This document shows positions 11,070 to 26,804 of a stretch of DNA of 64,000 bases, one piece after another; position 1 is the first letter of the stretch, and every line of letters starts with the position of its first letter. The notes below the pieces were generated by a model. The model was not told where the DNA came from. It saw only the letters and a list, made by a program, of their open reading frames with translations, and ran no database searches. The position numbers and the translations under genes were made by a program. This stretch comes from Mesotaenium endlicherianum (Eukaryota), in contig WELA01002990.1 of the NCBI GenBank assembly GCA_009602735.1, positions 1 to 64,000 of the forward strand, in the 5' to 3' direction.

Positions 11070-13796
11070 ACATCCTTTTTCTAACCGAAAATAATGTGGA
11101 TACATCTTATGTTCGTTCAAGAGCTGCACAAGTTGCCATGTAATAAATTCTTGTGCAGCCCTTGTGTCATTGCCGTATGTTAGATGGTGTAGAATAAAGT
11201 TATATGTCTTGTATGCTGAATAAGCTGAGTTGAGCTACAACGTAGGTTAACATCACTTTTTGTCATTGCCTGGGGACAGACTAGATGGTATGACATGAGG
11301 AATAGGTTTACATTCACATGTTGCCTGTAGAAAGTAACACGGGGTTGTACGGTAGTAATTGTGTTAACATCAACTTATTGCAGACGTTGTTTGTACGATT
11401 TTGAGAATGTTTAGCATGGGAGGGAAATAGCATGTCGTCTTAAGTCTTATACTTCAATAAAACAAGTAAAGAGGAGGGGGTTGGACCTCAGCAGCTCGTC
11501 AGTGAGGCTAAGGTAATCTTCAAGATGGACTACATTGTGAGGCTCGAGTTGTTTTCTGGATTGGTTGGAATGACTCTGTTAGTCAGGTACGTTTTGAGAC
11601 CTACATAAATCGGCATGATAAGCTCAAGAAAATAACTGAAAGTAGAAGAAAAGGATGAAGCAGTTACAAATGCAGATAGAAATGAAGCAAATGGTTGAAG
11701 CAAATAGGTGCATTGATTTCCACAATCCACTGCAAATTTTACTTCTAAGACTGCATGACCACCCCATGCTTGCCCCAGCTTTTATACACCTCACTTGCCT
11801 ATTGTGAAAGTAATGTCCAGTGCTATTGGATATACAGCAGTTTGCACCCCCTTGATTGGGGGACGTCGAGTCGAAATGACTCTGGGATTCCTCGCACTAG
11901 ACATTTTTATTATCTTGTCACAGTCTAGAGGACGGTACTCCAAATTTGCAACATCGTGAAGACTAATCTAGGTGTAATCAACTTCTTTCTGGATGAGTAC
12001 AAGTGCTTTGCACCATGTGTCCTATGCAAAATTTGTAAGTCAATAAGGGTCACTGAAGAATATAGACTACCGGACTGGCCACCTTTTCAAGAAAATTACA
12101 CTTGACGCCGTTACGCACGTTTAGCATATCAAAAGCAGGAATATGAAAGAACATTTGTAAACCTTACGTCAACCAATGCCAGCTGTCAACGTGCAAAACC
12201 ATGAGGAAAATGCGTCGTTGACATAGAAGGCCGTTAAGGAAGATCAAGCTAGATCCACAAATATGACCTAGAAGTGACCATATGTATACGTTCACAGATA
12301 TCTTGTATTAAGCATCAAGTATGAGGAGAAAGTGCATAAGCTAATATGTTACAAACACAAAAGTAGAGTGCAGCATACTACATAGCCTTTTGAAGCTTGT
12401 TATCAGCATCTGTAAATCCTACGCAATTTGTGCTATTGCACATTACCAATGTCTTATTATATGAAAGTGGTAGAATTTTCATACTTATTCTTGCGGCGCC
12501 ACTCAAAATGGCACATGAAAATATAGAGGGCACAAATGTATGGGCACGCAACGTGGTTATTGTGAGGCGTGAAGACTCTATGGGGCACAGTCATTTCTTC
12601 AGGGTCAAAACAAATGCTCCAGTTCAGAGCAAGCCGAATACTTTTCTGAAAGGCAGCATCTGACTTCTATCCCCATGGTCACCTTATTAGGGGCACACAA
12701 ACCAGTCATTCAAACGGCCGCAAAGTTGTCTTTATGGGGCATGCACAGTCATTGTTTGAGGCGCACCTAAAATAACGTCTAGCTAATGATACAAGTCTCT
12801 TTTGCTGAGCATGCACACTGTCCTAATTGTGGACTTGAAAGACGATGCAAGAAATGTATGGGAAGAAAGGTTGTTGTACGCACGACCATGATGTCGTACA
12901 TCAAATCAACCAAAATTGTTAAGGGAAGCAGAAACATCCTCTTGTGAATGTAGTTAGAATGCCACACAGTTCTTCGCATGGCAACACACTCCCATCCATC
13001 CACCCACCAATTGTAATTTTGTGGTCTATGAAGCAAACGTGATTCGTGACAGATTGAGCATAAACACGTTTGAGTGTGAAGAGTGCCGGATACAGTGTAG
13101 GCCCTAGGGCTACATTGCCTATGGTTGAGGTTGCTCATGCTAACCGGGTCAGGCGGGAGTTGTTTTATGTTGGTTCTGTGTTTCTTAAATGGTACACTAA
13201 CAAGCCCACGAATATACATGTGAACTTGATACATACTTATGCAATGATGTATACACAAAGCAGTGCTTCAAAATCTTTCCAAGCAAAGTTGTGTTTGTTA
13301 ATATTACGGTCATGCGCATCACTGACGTCTTCCCGCACACCTAAATTTACCAGTTTTTAAAGGAACGTCAATGATATTAAAGTCATTTTTTGACTTCTCC
13401 CTAATGTGAGGAGTCGATTGTCAAAGTATGATGCCTGGCACAACCCGCAGCCCTCCGGGTATGTTGGACTTGACCGAATAAACTCGATGCCAAGACCCCA
13501 AGCTGGTGGCTCCATTCATAGGGTACATAATCACCTTATATAAGCCATTGTCAGTGCAACTCTCAGCATCACTCGTTCGCCAGTGGAAGATTTTAGGCTT
13601 TGAATCACACACCATCGAGCTGTCCGTTTAAACCAAGAGTTGACATTTTTGCGATGCAAGTATGCGACTTCAACATGAATGCTCGGAGGTCTTGACTCCA
13701 ACGCAACGCGAGGTGCCTCACAGAAGGGCGTCGGTGACAAAGAAGGCAATGGTGGGTGGCAACAAATACAAAAATCCCCACGCTCCAACTTCCCTC

Positions 13797-14566
13797 TCAG
13801 CGATAGAACTGCTGCTGCTGCTGCGGCTGCGCCGTCTGTGCAGCCGCACGCCTACCTGCCACGCCTGCCTGCTTCCCTGCCAGGGCCTGCGCCTGTGCCT
13901 GGGCAAACGCGTGCGCAGCCTCTGCTTGCGACGGCTGCGGCTGCTGCTGCTGCTGCGACCCCCTCCCCCCCGGCTCTGCAGCGCCTCCCACCCCGCCAAT
14001 CCTTCCTCCAGCACCAGCCCTCCCCATACCTGCCAAGCTGCCGTGGGCCCCCCGCCCCCCCCCTTGCAATGCCGCTCCCCCTCCTACCGCTTGCTGGGTG
14101 GGGGTGTAGACTGTGCCGGCAAGAGGGCTGCCGGCCTGCAGGGGCGAGGGGGTGTGGCCGGCCCTCCCCAGGTGAGGGCCAGGGAGGGGGGAATTTGACC
14201 GGGCCATCTGGCCTGCATTGTGAGGGGGGCCTTGACCTTGGGCCTGGCCCAGATGCGCTTGACCTTGACCATGACTTTGGCCTTGACTTTGACTTGGTTG
14301 TTGACCGGCGGTCAAGCCCGCGAGAGGAAGGGCTGGGGAGGAGGGCGTGTGCCTGTGCACGCCTGTGGGGAGGCCAGGTGGCGTTGCCGCGTGAGCAGTT
14401 ACGCCGCCGCCCAGAGAGATGCCGGGAGAGGCTGCAAACATGCCACCTGGCGACGACGCTGGGCGGCCGCCGCCGGCCTTCCGGAGGGCTGCTCATTTGC
14501 AGCCACCAGTATGTAGTCAGCAAGCCTCCGGAGACAGTCGGACAGTCTGGTGCACACGCTTCCACA

Positions 14567-14614
<48 letters not shown>

Positions 14615-17343
14615 CGCGCGCGCACTCACACGTACACCGATACGGGACGTGCGTTGAGGCAGAAAAGCAGGGTATGCGGGCACGAGGCAGGCGTGTTCGG
14701 CTGACAGCTTCAGCAGGGACGTCAAAGGCTCAAGAAAGACAGACTAAGTCCGGACCCTGAGGAGGAAGCTGCGAGGCAGATGCGGCGATGGGGCGCAGGC
14801 GGGACACAAGGGAGCAACCACTTGAAATTTACAAGTTCCACACCAAAGATAGGATGAAGGGTTCAACAATTCGGGCTGGGATTTTATAATTTCAAAGCGT
14901 ACGACAGAAGAAGCTTACCGGCCAGCTGGCCGAGCGTGAGCGAGAGATCGCCGGGGGAGGAGCTTGGGATAGGTGTCAGGGCGGCGCTCAAGTGTGGCGG
15001 CAGGGCGGCGGGCCTCTGCTGCTGAGCTGGCGGGATGCGCAAAGCTGTCAGGGCCGAGAAGGCACACGGGCACTGTCAGCTCAAGGAGTTCGCGCCACGT
15101 GGCAGACAACCACGTCTGCTGGTGCAGATGAAGCTTTCCATTGGGTGCTTTGATTCCGACCCAGGGGCCTGATGTTAGCAGTGGTACAGCAAAGCGCACG
15201 CCTCTGAGCTGCCACGTGTCACTTGGCGACGGCGGCCAGCACGATGCCTTGGCGAGCGCAGGTAAACGACAACGACAGCTTCCTGCCCGTGTTTGCGACA
15301 GCATTGAGGGGATCCAATCAACGATCTCAACTAGAGCACACTGCAAGCCTGCCTGCACCCTCCTATCGGGTGGCAGCGTCTAATGTAAATATACATATAT
15401 ATATGTATACATATATATACATGAATATGACAGGTATAGTGCACATGTATGTATGGATACAAATGTGGGTATGCGTGTGTGTGCGCGCACGTGTGATATG
15501 TGCACAAGAACTGTAGAATTATACTCTCTGCACGCACACGTGCCTAGCCCCATGAGTCTGCTACAGCCCACTGGTCCATTGCAGCCAAGGCCTCCGCCCA
15601 AATTAGGGTTTGGGTCCTAAACGCCTCCCAGACCTTAAACCCAAACCCTCGGCGTAGCCCACGCTGCAGGCCTCGAGCGCCGACAGCGCGCCACATACGA
15701 GCTTTCAATGCATGCAGATCTCCTGAGCCCTAAGCCTCGTGCACAGGAATTTCAAAACAGGGGCGCGTGACAGCTGTCAGTCAAGAACAGGGCTGAGCCC
15801 CACAAGATGTGGGCCAGGGGGAAGGGGAGGGGGAAGGGAAGAGGGGNNNNNNNNNNNNNNNNNNNNNNNNNNNNNNNNNNNNNNNNNNNNNNNNNNNNNN
15901 NNNNNNNNNNNNNNNNNNNNNNNNNNNNNNNNNNNNNNNNNNNNNNNNNNNNNNNNNNNNNNNNNNNNNNNNNNNNNNNNNNNNNNNNNNNNNNNNNNNN
16001 NNNNNNNNNNNNNNNNNNNNNNNNNNNNNNNNNNNNNNNNNNNNNNNNNNNNNNNNNNNNNNNNNNNNNNNNNNNNNNNNNNNNNNNNNNNNNNNNNNNN
16101 NNNNNNNNNNNNNNNNNNNNNNNNNNNNNNNNNNNNNNNNNNNNNNNNNNNNNNNNNNNNNNNNNNNNNNNNNNNNNNNNNNNNNNNNNNNNNNNNNNNN
16201 NNNNNNNNNNNNNNNNNNNNNNNNNNNNNNNNNNNNNNNNNNNNNNNNNNNNNNNNNNNNNNNNNNNNNNNNNNNNNNNNNNNNNNNNNNNNNNNNNNNN
16301 NNNNNNNNNNNNNNNNNNNNNNNNNNNNNNNNNNNNNNNNNNNNNNNNNNNNNNNNNNNNNNNNNNNNNNNNNNNNNNNNNNNNNNNNNNNNNNNNNNNN
16401 NNNNNNNNNNNNNNNNNNNNNNNNNNNNNNNNNNNNNNNNNNNNNNNNNNNNNNNNNNNNNNNNNNNNNNNNNNNNNNNNNNNNNNNNNNNNNNNNNNNN
16501 NNNNNNNNNNNNNNNNNNNNNNNNNNNNNNNNNNNNNNNNNNNNNNNNNNNNNNNNNNNNNNNNNNNNNNNNNNNNNNNNNNNNNNNNNNNNNNNNNNNN
16601 NNNNNNNNNNNNNNNNNNNNNNNNNNNNNNNNNNNNNNNNNNNNNNNNNNNNNNNNNNNNNNNNNNNNNNNNNNNNNNNNNNNNNNNNNNNNNNNNNNNN
16701 NNNGGGGAGGGGGGAGGGGAGGGGAGGGGGGTGTATAGCGTCAGGGTTGGGGTCAACACACTCAGAGTTGGCACCAGGTGTCAGATGGCAGCCACGCCAG
16801 CTGTGTCCCAGAGGAAAGACAGGTGTTTTCAGAGAAGAACGAGGAGCTCCGGGCGGCGATAGCTGGCGACTGCCTAAGACGCCATGCGTGCCTGATTGCT
16901 GACCTGGAGCTGAACGATCTGGTCGGTGACGTCGGGATGGGAGGCCGCCAGCAAGGCAAGCCTGTGGTCCCGCGTGGCGCTCTCGCTGGCCTCCATTTCC
17001 GGCAGCAGCTTCGATGACATCATGAACGGCAGAACTGCGTGGCCCCCCCCGAGCCCCATGCGTTCTGATTTTTTTTTCTTCCGGTTGCCACTGTGTGTGT
17101 CTGGGAGGGCTGGACGAGCGTGTGGGCGGGCGGGCTGGGGGAGTGGGCTGCGGAAAAGAAGGTTAAGAAAAGGGTTTTGAAGGGAGAAGATGCGGGCCGA
17201 AGGAGGGTAAGGGGGAGACAGCAGGAAGCACAGGAGGGGGCGGGGAGAAGCGGCAATTTGCGAGTCTGTGATCACGAAGCATTGCACGTGTCACACCGTC
17301 GGTGGGAGGGAATCACGCAGCAGTTTTTTCAATATGCGCACAC

Positions 17344-17374
<31 letters not shown>

Positions 17375-18687
17375 TAGGCAGACGCACATACACACATGCG
17401 CACACACACACGTGCGCGCACTCATAAGCGGGGCAGCAAGGAAGCTGGAGGGAGGTGGCCCGCAGGTGGGGGAATTGAGAGGGGGAGGGGNNNNNNNNNN
17501 NNNNNNNNNNNNNNNNNNNNNNNNNNNNNNNNNNNNNNNNNNNNNNNNNNNNNNNNNNNNNNNNNNNNNNNNNNNNNNNNNNNNNNNNNNNNNNNNNNNN
17601 NNNNNNNNNNNNNNNNNNNNNNNNNNNNNNNNNNNNNNNNNNNNNNNNNNNNNNNNNNNNNNNNNNNNNNNNNNNNNNNNNNNNNNNNNNNNNNNNNNNN
17701 NNNNNNNNNNNNNNNNNNNNNNNNNNNNNNNNNNNNNNNNNNNNNNNNNNNNNNNNNNCCCCGCCCCGCCCCGCCATCCCGGCCGCCCGCCAGACCCCCA
17801 AGAGAAAAACAAATGAAGAAAACAGGGAAAAGGCAAACAAGCGCGCGAGCGTGTGAGGACCAGCAGGAGGGGCATTTGCGCGCGCAGCACAGGGTGTGGC
17901 TAAGAGCAGGCATTGGCTTGCAAGCTTGTGCGTGCGTGCGCGCGTGCGTGCGGGTGGGCCTGGGTTGTTGTTTGGACGTGCACATGCAGGCCTATCAAAG
18001 AGCACCGATCGGCCAACTGAGAGACGGAGAGTCGCAAAAAAAACACGCAGACACAAGGACAAAGGTAGGTCGCATGTGAACAAGCAACACACAAACATAG
18101 TGGGCTGCAAGCTGCAGAAGACGATTAGAAGGAGGGGCACAAGCTCAAAATAACGATGAAAGGCCGTAAGGGCACAGAATGCAAGCGGAGGCCTGAGCCT
18201 CGTCGGCGAAAGGACCGCAAAAGAGAAGAAGAAACGCAAGAGGGCCCGCAGGGCCGCACAGAGGGCGGGCCGCCGAGGTGGCGAGCAAGAGCAAAGGAGC
18301 AAACTTGAGGCCCCGTTCTGCTTCCCAGCACAAGGCTGAGCGAGCCTGACGGCAATCTCGTCTCAGCGGGTGGTGCAGGTGTCGGCTTTGTGTAATCAGG
18401 CTGCAGGCGTAGCGTGGTAGGAGCTCCCGCCTAAGCGCTTCACCCCCATAGGGATTGCAAATGAGGGACAGGTGGCACTGGAGAGGAGGACGGGCAGCAC
18501 TCTTACGCGTTTTGCCCCTCCCCAAGATTTGCAAACGGCTGCTGCAGCAGATCCGCAGAGCCTGATATGCGTGGGATCCTCTGCCGAGGAATGGCATGGG
18601 GGTCTGTTTTATCTGTTTTTGGTATTTGCTTCTAATTTTCGTTTCCGGCAACTTGAACAAACAAGCTGTTTGTGCGCAGGAACACAC

Positions 18688-18763
<76 letters not shown>

Positions 18764-19194
18764 ACACATAAGCACTCCGCGCGCGAGTACTGCACCCCTC
18801 TCTAGCTGTAAATCTGCTCACGTGCATGTACAGAGAGAGAGAGGGAGATAAAGGCAGGAGGAGGCACAGGGGGTGAAGCGTTGAGGGGGCAATGAAGGGG
18901 AGTGGGGAGCAGGGGACCGGAGGAGTGGGGAAGGGGGGGGAGGTTGCACCATTTGCAGTCGTATTGCGTCTGCAGCATGGCCAGCATGCGTGCGATCGTG
19001 GCCTGAAGCTCGACCACTCTCGCTCTGACACTTGGCAGGTTCAGGTTCTGCATCAGGTTTGCCTGCGCACTGATGCTCCCGCCCGCCAGCGTGGCTCCTG
19101 CCTGAGGGGGGCCAGGGTTGCCGTCCAGCAAGGACTGGCCTTGGCTGCCAGGTGGCTCCCCCAGAGGCCTTGCTGAGCCCATGCCTGACATCAT
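13797..19194 (-). CDS. MED8: Mediator of RNA polymerase II transcription subunit 8 (plant type), spliced; some exons probably hidden in N gaps
   Basis: Exons 19194-18950 (QNLNLPSVRARVVELQATIARMLAML...KW), 17034-16904 (LPFMMSSKLLPEMEASE), 15044-14919 (LRIPPAQQQRPAALPPHL) and 14488-13797 (G/Q-rich tail). These match plant MED8 motifs QLNLESVK..A, LPVMLSSKLLPEME and ALPPHL plus a Q-rich C-terminus. GT-AG borders; the phases of the last two exons agree. The expected intervening segments coincide with gaps 17491-17758 and 15847-16703. Confidence 0.85.
14565..14612. repeat. (CA)n microsatellite in MED8 intron
   Basis: Directly visible CA run. Similar runs at ~17340-17375 and ~5003-5027. Confidence 0.95.
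18683..18768. repeat. (CA)n microsatellite in MED8 intron
   Basis: Directly visible ~85-bp CA run with few interruptions. Confidence 0.95.
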
Positions 19195-20420
19195 ACCAGC
19201 AGGCTTGGTGTGACCCTGCGCCCGAGCCTGAGCCCGAGCCCGAGCCTGTACCTGGAACCTGCAAGGTTTGGCAACCGGTCTGGCACCAGTCTGGCAGTTG
19301 AGCCCTTGGAGGTGTTACTTTTCTCTACTATATCAAGGTAAGCGGTAGTATATAGATGTGTGTGTATATACATATATGGTTATGCATGCTGTCTCTGCCC
19401 GTCAATGCTGGCGCTCAAAAAGGGCCTGGGGCCACTGCAGGGTGAGCTGGAGCTCTTCTGCCCTCAGAGAGAATGGTGCAGTGGAGAGCAAGAGCTGTCC
19501 GATAGAGTCTCCTACTATGCTACCTACATCGTCTCAGGCTTAGCCCTGTGCCCCTCCCCCTCTCTCACAGGGAGCCTTGGGCCTGTTACTCTAGCTAGAA
19601 GCGTGGTGGCTATCCTCTTGTTGCAAGCAAGGGCTTAATTATAAATCTCTATTTGAACGATATACTACATATGCCTCGTATGTTCTGAGCACAACTCCGC
19701 ACTCACAACTCTCCGCAGGAAACCAAGTCCTTAAGTCAGCTGGCGTCGTGAGTTCAACACCCGCAAACCCTGCTCTGATCACACCTCATGTCCTCCGGGA
19801 ACAGAGCTCTGCACTCTAGTACTACGAGCTTCATTCGTTCAGCAGCAACACTTCAATCGCTCTCAGTACGCTTATATGGCTCAAGTCTGCATGCTCACGT
19901 CTTCACCTCTCGCTTTCATGGCCACTGGGAGACACATCGACTCTGTCTCTCGACGCTGATGAGCTCTAGCTTGCAGAAGATGTATCAGCGAATGTCAATT
20001 TGAACAAAGGAGACCACGTTATGCCAAAGAACGATTAGCCTCGTAACTGCTGTCGCTGCTGCTTGCTGTCCTCCGGTGGGTGCACACGCCAAAACTTATT
20101 ATTCCTTCTGCATTCTTCAAGCAGCACCGCTTATCTACCAGTGGAGTATTATTTTATATCCTCATATAGCGAGAGGCATTTCAGGAAATGCACGTCATAC
20201 CCCTGCGAGGTGAACTTCATTCGTCTGCTCATCTAGTAATGTGGACTTAATGTGGACTAATCTCTCCAAATTCTGAAACGCACAGCGACATACAAGACAC
20301 AGGGACTATACATTGACATGGAGAATAATCTTCTCAGCTCGTTCCAGGGCTCTCCCCTCAATATCCAGCCAATAGCAAGGCGATTCTGTGATACTGACTT
20401 ACTCGATTAATAAATTGTCG

Positions 20421-23530
<3,110 letters not shown>

Positions 23531-24082
23531 GGTCTCGCCCGACAGATCAGCACACCCTGTTGTGTTGGTGCAGTAGGGATATCTATACGCTGCCTCGCGT
23601 TTCATTGAATGTAACGGTACTCGCTCGTTGAGCTGTAGTAGAGGTGTCGCATACACCTTCATGGGCGTGCATGCATGCACGTACGAACATGCGTGTGTTT
23701 CGTGTATGTACGTACATGCGTTTGTATGTGTGTATATACTTTGCTCAAATATGTTTGCAGCACCTGAAGCACATTCTGAGTGCTTGCAGGGCCAGGCCAA
23801 TTAAGGGGGGCGAGGTGGGGAGCGAGAGGAGGGGGAGGAAGGGGGAGGCGAGGGGGGCGGGGGTGGCAATCTACGTGGGCTTGCACGGACGTGTCTGCGG
23901 CTTGACAGCTGTGCTGCTGTGTTGCATCTTCGTTCCACACGACATCTGGCTCGTCTGACACGCGATTTTGGGGTTTGCTGATGGTGGGTCAGCTCATCTC
24001 CTTCTCGCCCGATTGCTCTTGGGGCTCTGCTCGTATGGTGGCTTTCAAACTTTTGATCTGCCCGCCCGGGTGGTGCTAGCAG

Positions 24083-24163
24083 GCCATGGTGGTGGGTACG
24101 GACATCCCTGACCTCAGCGCGGTTGTGCTGATGTCATCCTTCCATGCCCTCGACCACCACAAC
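24083..24163 (+). CDS. Isolated exon resembling DUF2064 / CofC-like nucleotidyl/glycosyl-transferase family (partial gene)
   Basis: AG|GCC...AAC|GT, 81 nt, phase 0, encoding AMVVGTDIPDLSAVVLMSSFHALDHHN. Resembles the family motif vviGtDxPdL...l..af.aL..hd that precedes GPAxDGGY. Other exons not found; an N gap follows immediately. Confidence 0.5.
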
Positions 24164-24983
24164 GTACTCTCACCCCCCCCCCNNNNNNNNNNNNNNNNNN
24201 NNNNNNNNNNNNNNNNNNNNNNNNNNNNNNNNNNNNNNNNNNNNNNNNNNNNNNNNNNNNNNNNNNNNNNNNNNNNNNNNNNNNNNNNNNNNNNNNNNNN
24301 NNNNNNNNNNNNNNNNNNNNNNNNNNNNNNNNNNNNNNNNNNNNNNNNNNNNNNNNNNNNNNNNNNNNNNNNNNNNNNNNNNNNNNNNNNNNNNNNNNNN
24401 NNNNNNNNNNNNNNNNNNNNNNNNNNNNNNNNNNNNNNNNNNNNNNNNNNNNNNNNNNNNNNNNNNNNNNNNNNNNNNNNNNNNNNNNNNNNNNNNNNNN
24501 NNNNNNNNNNNNNNNNNNNNNNNNNNNNNNNNNNNNNNNNNNNNNNNNNNNNNNNNNNNNNNNNNNNNNNNNNNNNNNNNNNNNNNNNNNNNNNNNNNNN
24601 NNNNNNNNNNNNNNNNNNNNNNNNNNNNNNNNNNNNNNNNNNNNNNNNNNNNNNNNNNNNNNNNNNNNNNNNNNNNNNNNNNNNNNNNNNNCCCTCCGTC
24701 CCCCCCCTCTCTCTCTCGCTTTCTCCCTCGCTTCCTCTCCCTCTTATTCTTGTATCTTTTTTTTCCTCTTCCTTTACCGCTTCCTCCGCCTCCCTGCCTC
24801 TTTCTCTTCCTCTTACATGCCCCACCCCCCCTCTCTCCCGCTTCCTCTCCCGCCTCCTCTTCTTCTTCCGCCTCCTCTCCTTGTCTTTTGCCCCTATGTA
24901 TGGTGAGACTTGGGTTTGGATGGTGGGCTAGGTGCATACTAGGGTCAGGTTAAGGGTTGTAGTATGGCATGAGGGATAAAAGT

Positions 24984-25486
24984 TGTAGTGATTTGAGTTA
25001 TTATATATTAGTTCGCATATATTTTAATGTTTTCAAATATATTTGGAGTAGTATTGTGTGGAGTCAAGTGTGAATAGGTACTCTAGTAACTTGGTTCATG
25101 TCCTTTGAACCTTCCAAGGCATTTTCGAAGTTAGAGGAAAGACCTAGAAGAACTCCATGTGGCAAAAGTCAAATGTGCCATTTTTAGGTCAAAAGGACAT
25201 GTGTACATTATTCTAGAAAGAGGTGGCAAGTTTTGGGATGTGTTGGGTGCCAACACATCAACATACACCTTCCTAGAAATTACTTATGTAGCAAGTATAT
25301 AAACAAGAGCTAGAACATAGAAAGACATTCCAGAATCACTCTTGTACTTGCCAAAATCCAGAAATATATTAACTTTCAAGAAGCCATCTCTCTTTCAAGA
25401 AGCTACCACTTGTGTTCAAAGATCCTTGTCTTGAATAGATAAAGTATTCTGTTTTACTAAGTACTTTATCTATCTGTTTCACTACA
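24984..25486 (+). repeat. 5' LTR of chromovirus copy 1
   Basis: TG...CA with 8-bp terminal inverted repeat. TATATAAA at 25296-25303. Differs from its 3' LTR at 3 positions that I could see. Confidence 0.98.
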
Positions 25487-25487
25487 G

Positions 25488-25503
25488 TGGTATCGGAGCT
25501 AGG
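25488..25503 (+). promoter_or_regulatory. Primer-binding site, tRNA-iMet-like (TGGTATCGGAGCTAGG)
   Basis: 1 nt after the LTR end. Close to the canonical plant iMet PBS TGGTATCAGAGCCAGG. Confidence 0.9.
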
Positions 25504-25523
25504 CACTTTGGTAGCACAAGAAG

Positions 25524-26804
25524 ATGGCCGATCCTCAAGACCAACAGCAAGCTTTCGAAGGAAGCCCTTCCTCTCCAAGACACCCTCCTCCAGCGCCGAT
25601 GGGAGAGCCCACTCAAGAAAATCTGCAACAACAAGAAGCACCACAAGGAGGAGCACACCCTCCTCCAGCGTCGATGGGAGAGCCTACTCAAGGAAATCTG
25701 CAACAACAAGAAGCACCACAAGGAGGAGCACCGTCAAATCCCGTGGCAGCCGCTATAGCAAAGTTGACCCCACCACAAGGAGTTCCCGCAAATGAGTGGG
25801 CAGCCTTCCTAATGACCGTCCACAACCAAGTGGGCTTGGCCACCTATGAAGCAACCGTGCAAGCGTCAAGAGAAGCTATGGCTGCCATGGTTGCCCCTAT
25901 TGCGAGCAATGCTCAAAATCCAGCCCCGGCTCAAGCGCCTCCACAAGAGCCAACGAGAGCAAGGAAACTCATCAAGCCCGGCAAACCCGACACTTTCAAC
26001 CCCGGGAAAGGTGCCAACCTGAATTTATGGCTCTACCAAGTGGAGACGTACCTCGCGTTCCTTGAAGTACCCGAGGAGGACTACGTTCCCTTTGCCGTTA
26101 CCTTACTTAGAGGAGCAGCAACATCATGGTGGCGTAACTATCAAGCGGCTATATATCAAGCTATGGCGCACCCCATGCTCGGCCAAGAGCCCCCACCATC
26201 ATATGCAAGATGGGCAGATTTTCGTGAGGCCCTCAAGAAGCAATTCATGCCCATCAATGCGGAGAAGATTGCCCGAGGAAAGCTCCACCATCTCAAGCAA
26301 ACGACGTCCGTTCAAGAGTATACATCCAGATTTCACGCCCTCACTCTTGAGATCCCCAACATGTCTCTCGAGGAGAAGATTGACCGTTACATCTTTGGCC
26401 TCAAACCCAAGGTGGCAAAGGAAGTGGAGTTACGCGACTTGACGGACTTCTCAAAGATCATTGAAGTGGCCCAAAAGGTGGATACCTTGGATTTCAAGCA
26501 CTCCGTGCCTTCATCTTCACGGGTACCGACGACGCGGGTGTACGCAGCCCCTTCCACATCCGAATCTGGACCCACACCCATGGAAATCGGAGTTATTAAA
26601 AGGGACCCCGCGGCTGCCCGGAAGAGTGGAAGACCCTCCAATGACACTTATGATGCAAGAAACCAGCAAGGAGTGAAAGCAAGACTCTCCCCGGCTGAAA
26701 AAGAAGCTCTCATGACGGCTGGACTATGCTTCTATTGCAAGGAAAAGGGCCATCGTGCACTTTCATGCCCCAAAAAGTTGTCAAAAAACGGACAGCGCCG
26801 GTAG
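25524..26804 (+). CDS. gag: Gag (426 aa), retrotransposon capsid plus CCHC zinc knuckle
   Basis: Capsid motifs ([21 protein letters not shown]), [23 protein letters not shown]-terminal 75-bp tandem duplication at 25581-25730. Confidence 0.97.
   Translation: MADPQDQQQAFEGSPSSPRHPPPAPMGEPTQENLQQQEAPQGGAHPPPASMGEPTQGNLQQQEAPQGGAPSNPVAAAIAKLTPPQGVPANEWAAFLMTVHNQVGLATYEATVQASREAMAAMVAPIASNAQNPAPAQAPPQEPTRARKLIKPGKPDTFNPGKGANLNLWLYQVETYLAFLEVPEEDYVPFAVTLLRGAATSWWRNYQAAIYQAMAHPMLGQEPPPSYARWADFREALKKQFMPINAEKIARGKLHHLKQTTSVQEYTSRFHALTLEIPNMSLEEKIDRYIFGLKPKVAKEVELRDLTDFSKIIEVAQKVDTLDFKHSVPSSSRVPTTRVYAAPSTSESGPTPMEIGVIKRDPAAARKSGRPSNDTYDARNQQGVKARLSPAEKEALMTAGLCFYCKEKGHRALSCPKKLSKNGQRR

Noticed and set aside
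11500..11960. Possible minus-strand LTR remnant (GGGGG tract, TATAAAAG)
   Set aside because: No partner LTR, terminal repeats or TSD could be defined.
13662..14760. Plus-strand and alternative-frame ORFs of 178-341 aa
   Set aside because: Shadows of the GC-rich MED8 last exon and the CA microsatellite.
15739..17985. Long ORFs running through N gaps (also 24076-24953, 35760-36647, 63392-63712)
   Set aside because: They are open only because N codons lack stops. The gaps mostly abut G/C-rich or simple-repeat runs, i.e. sequencing dropouts.
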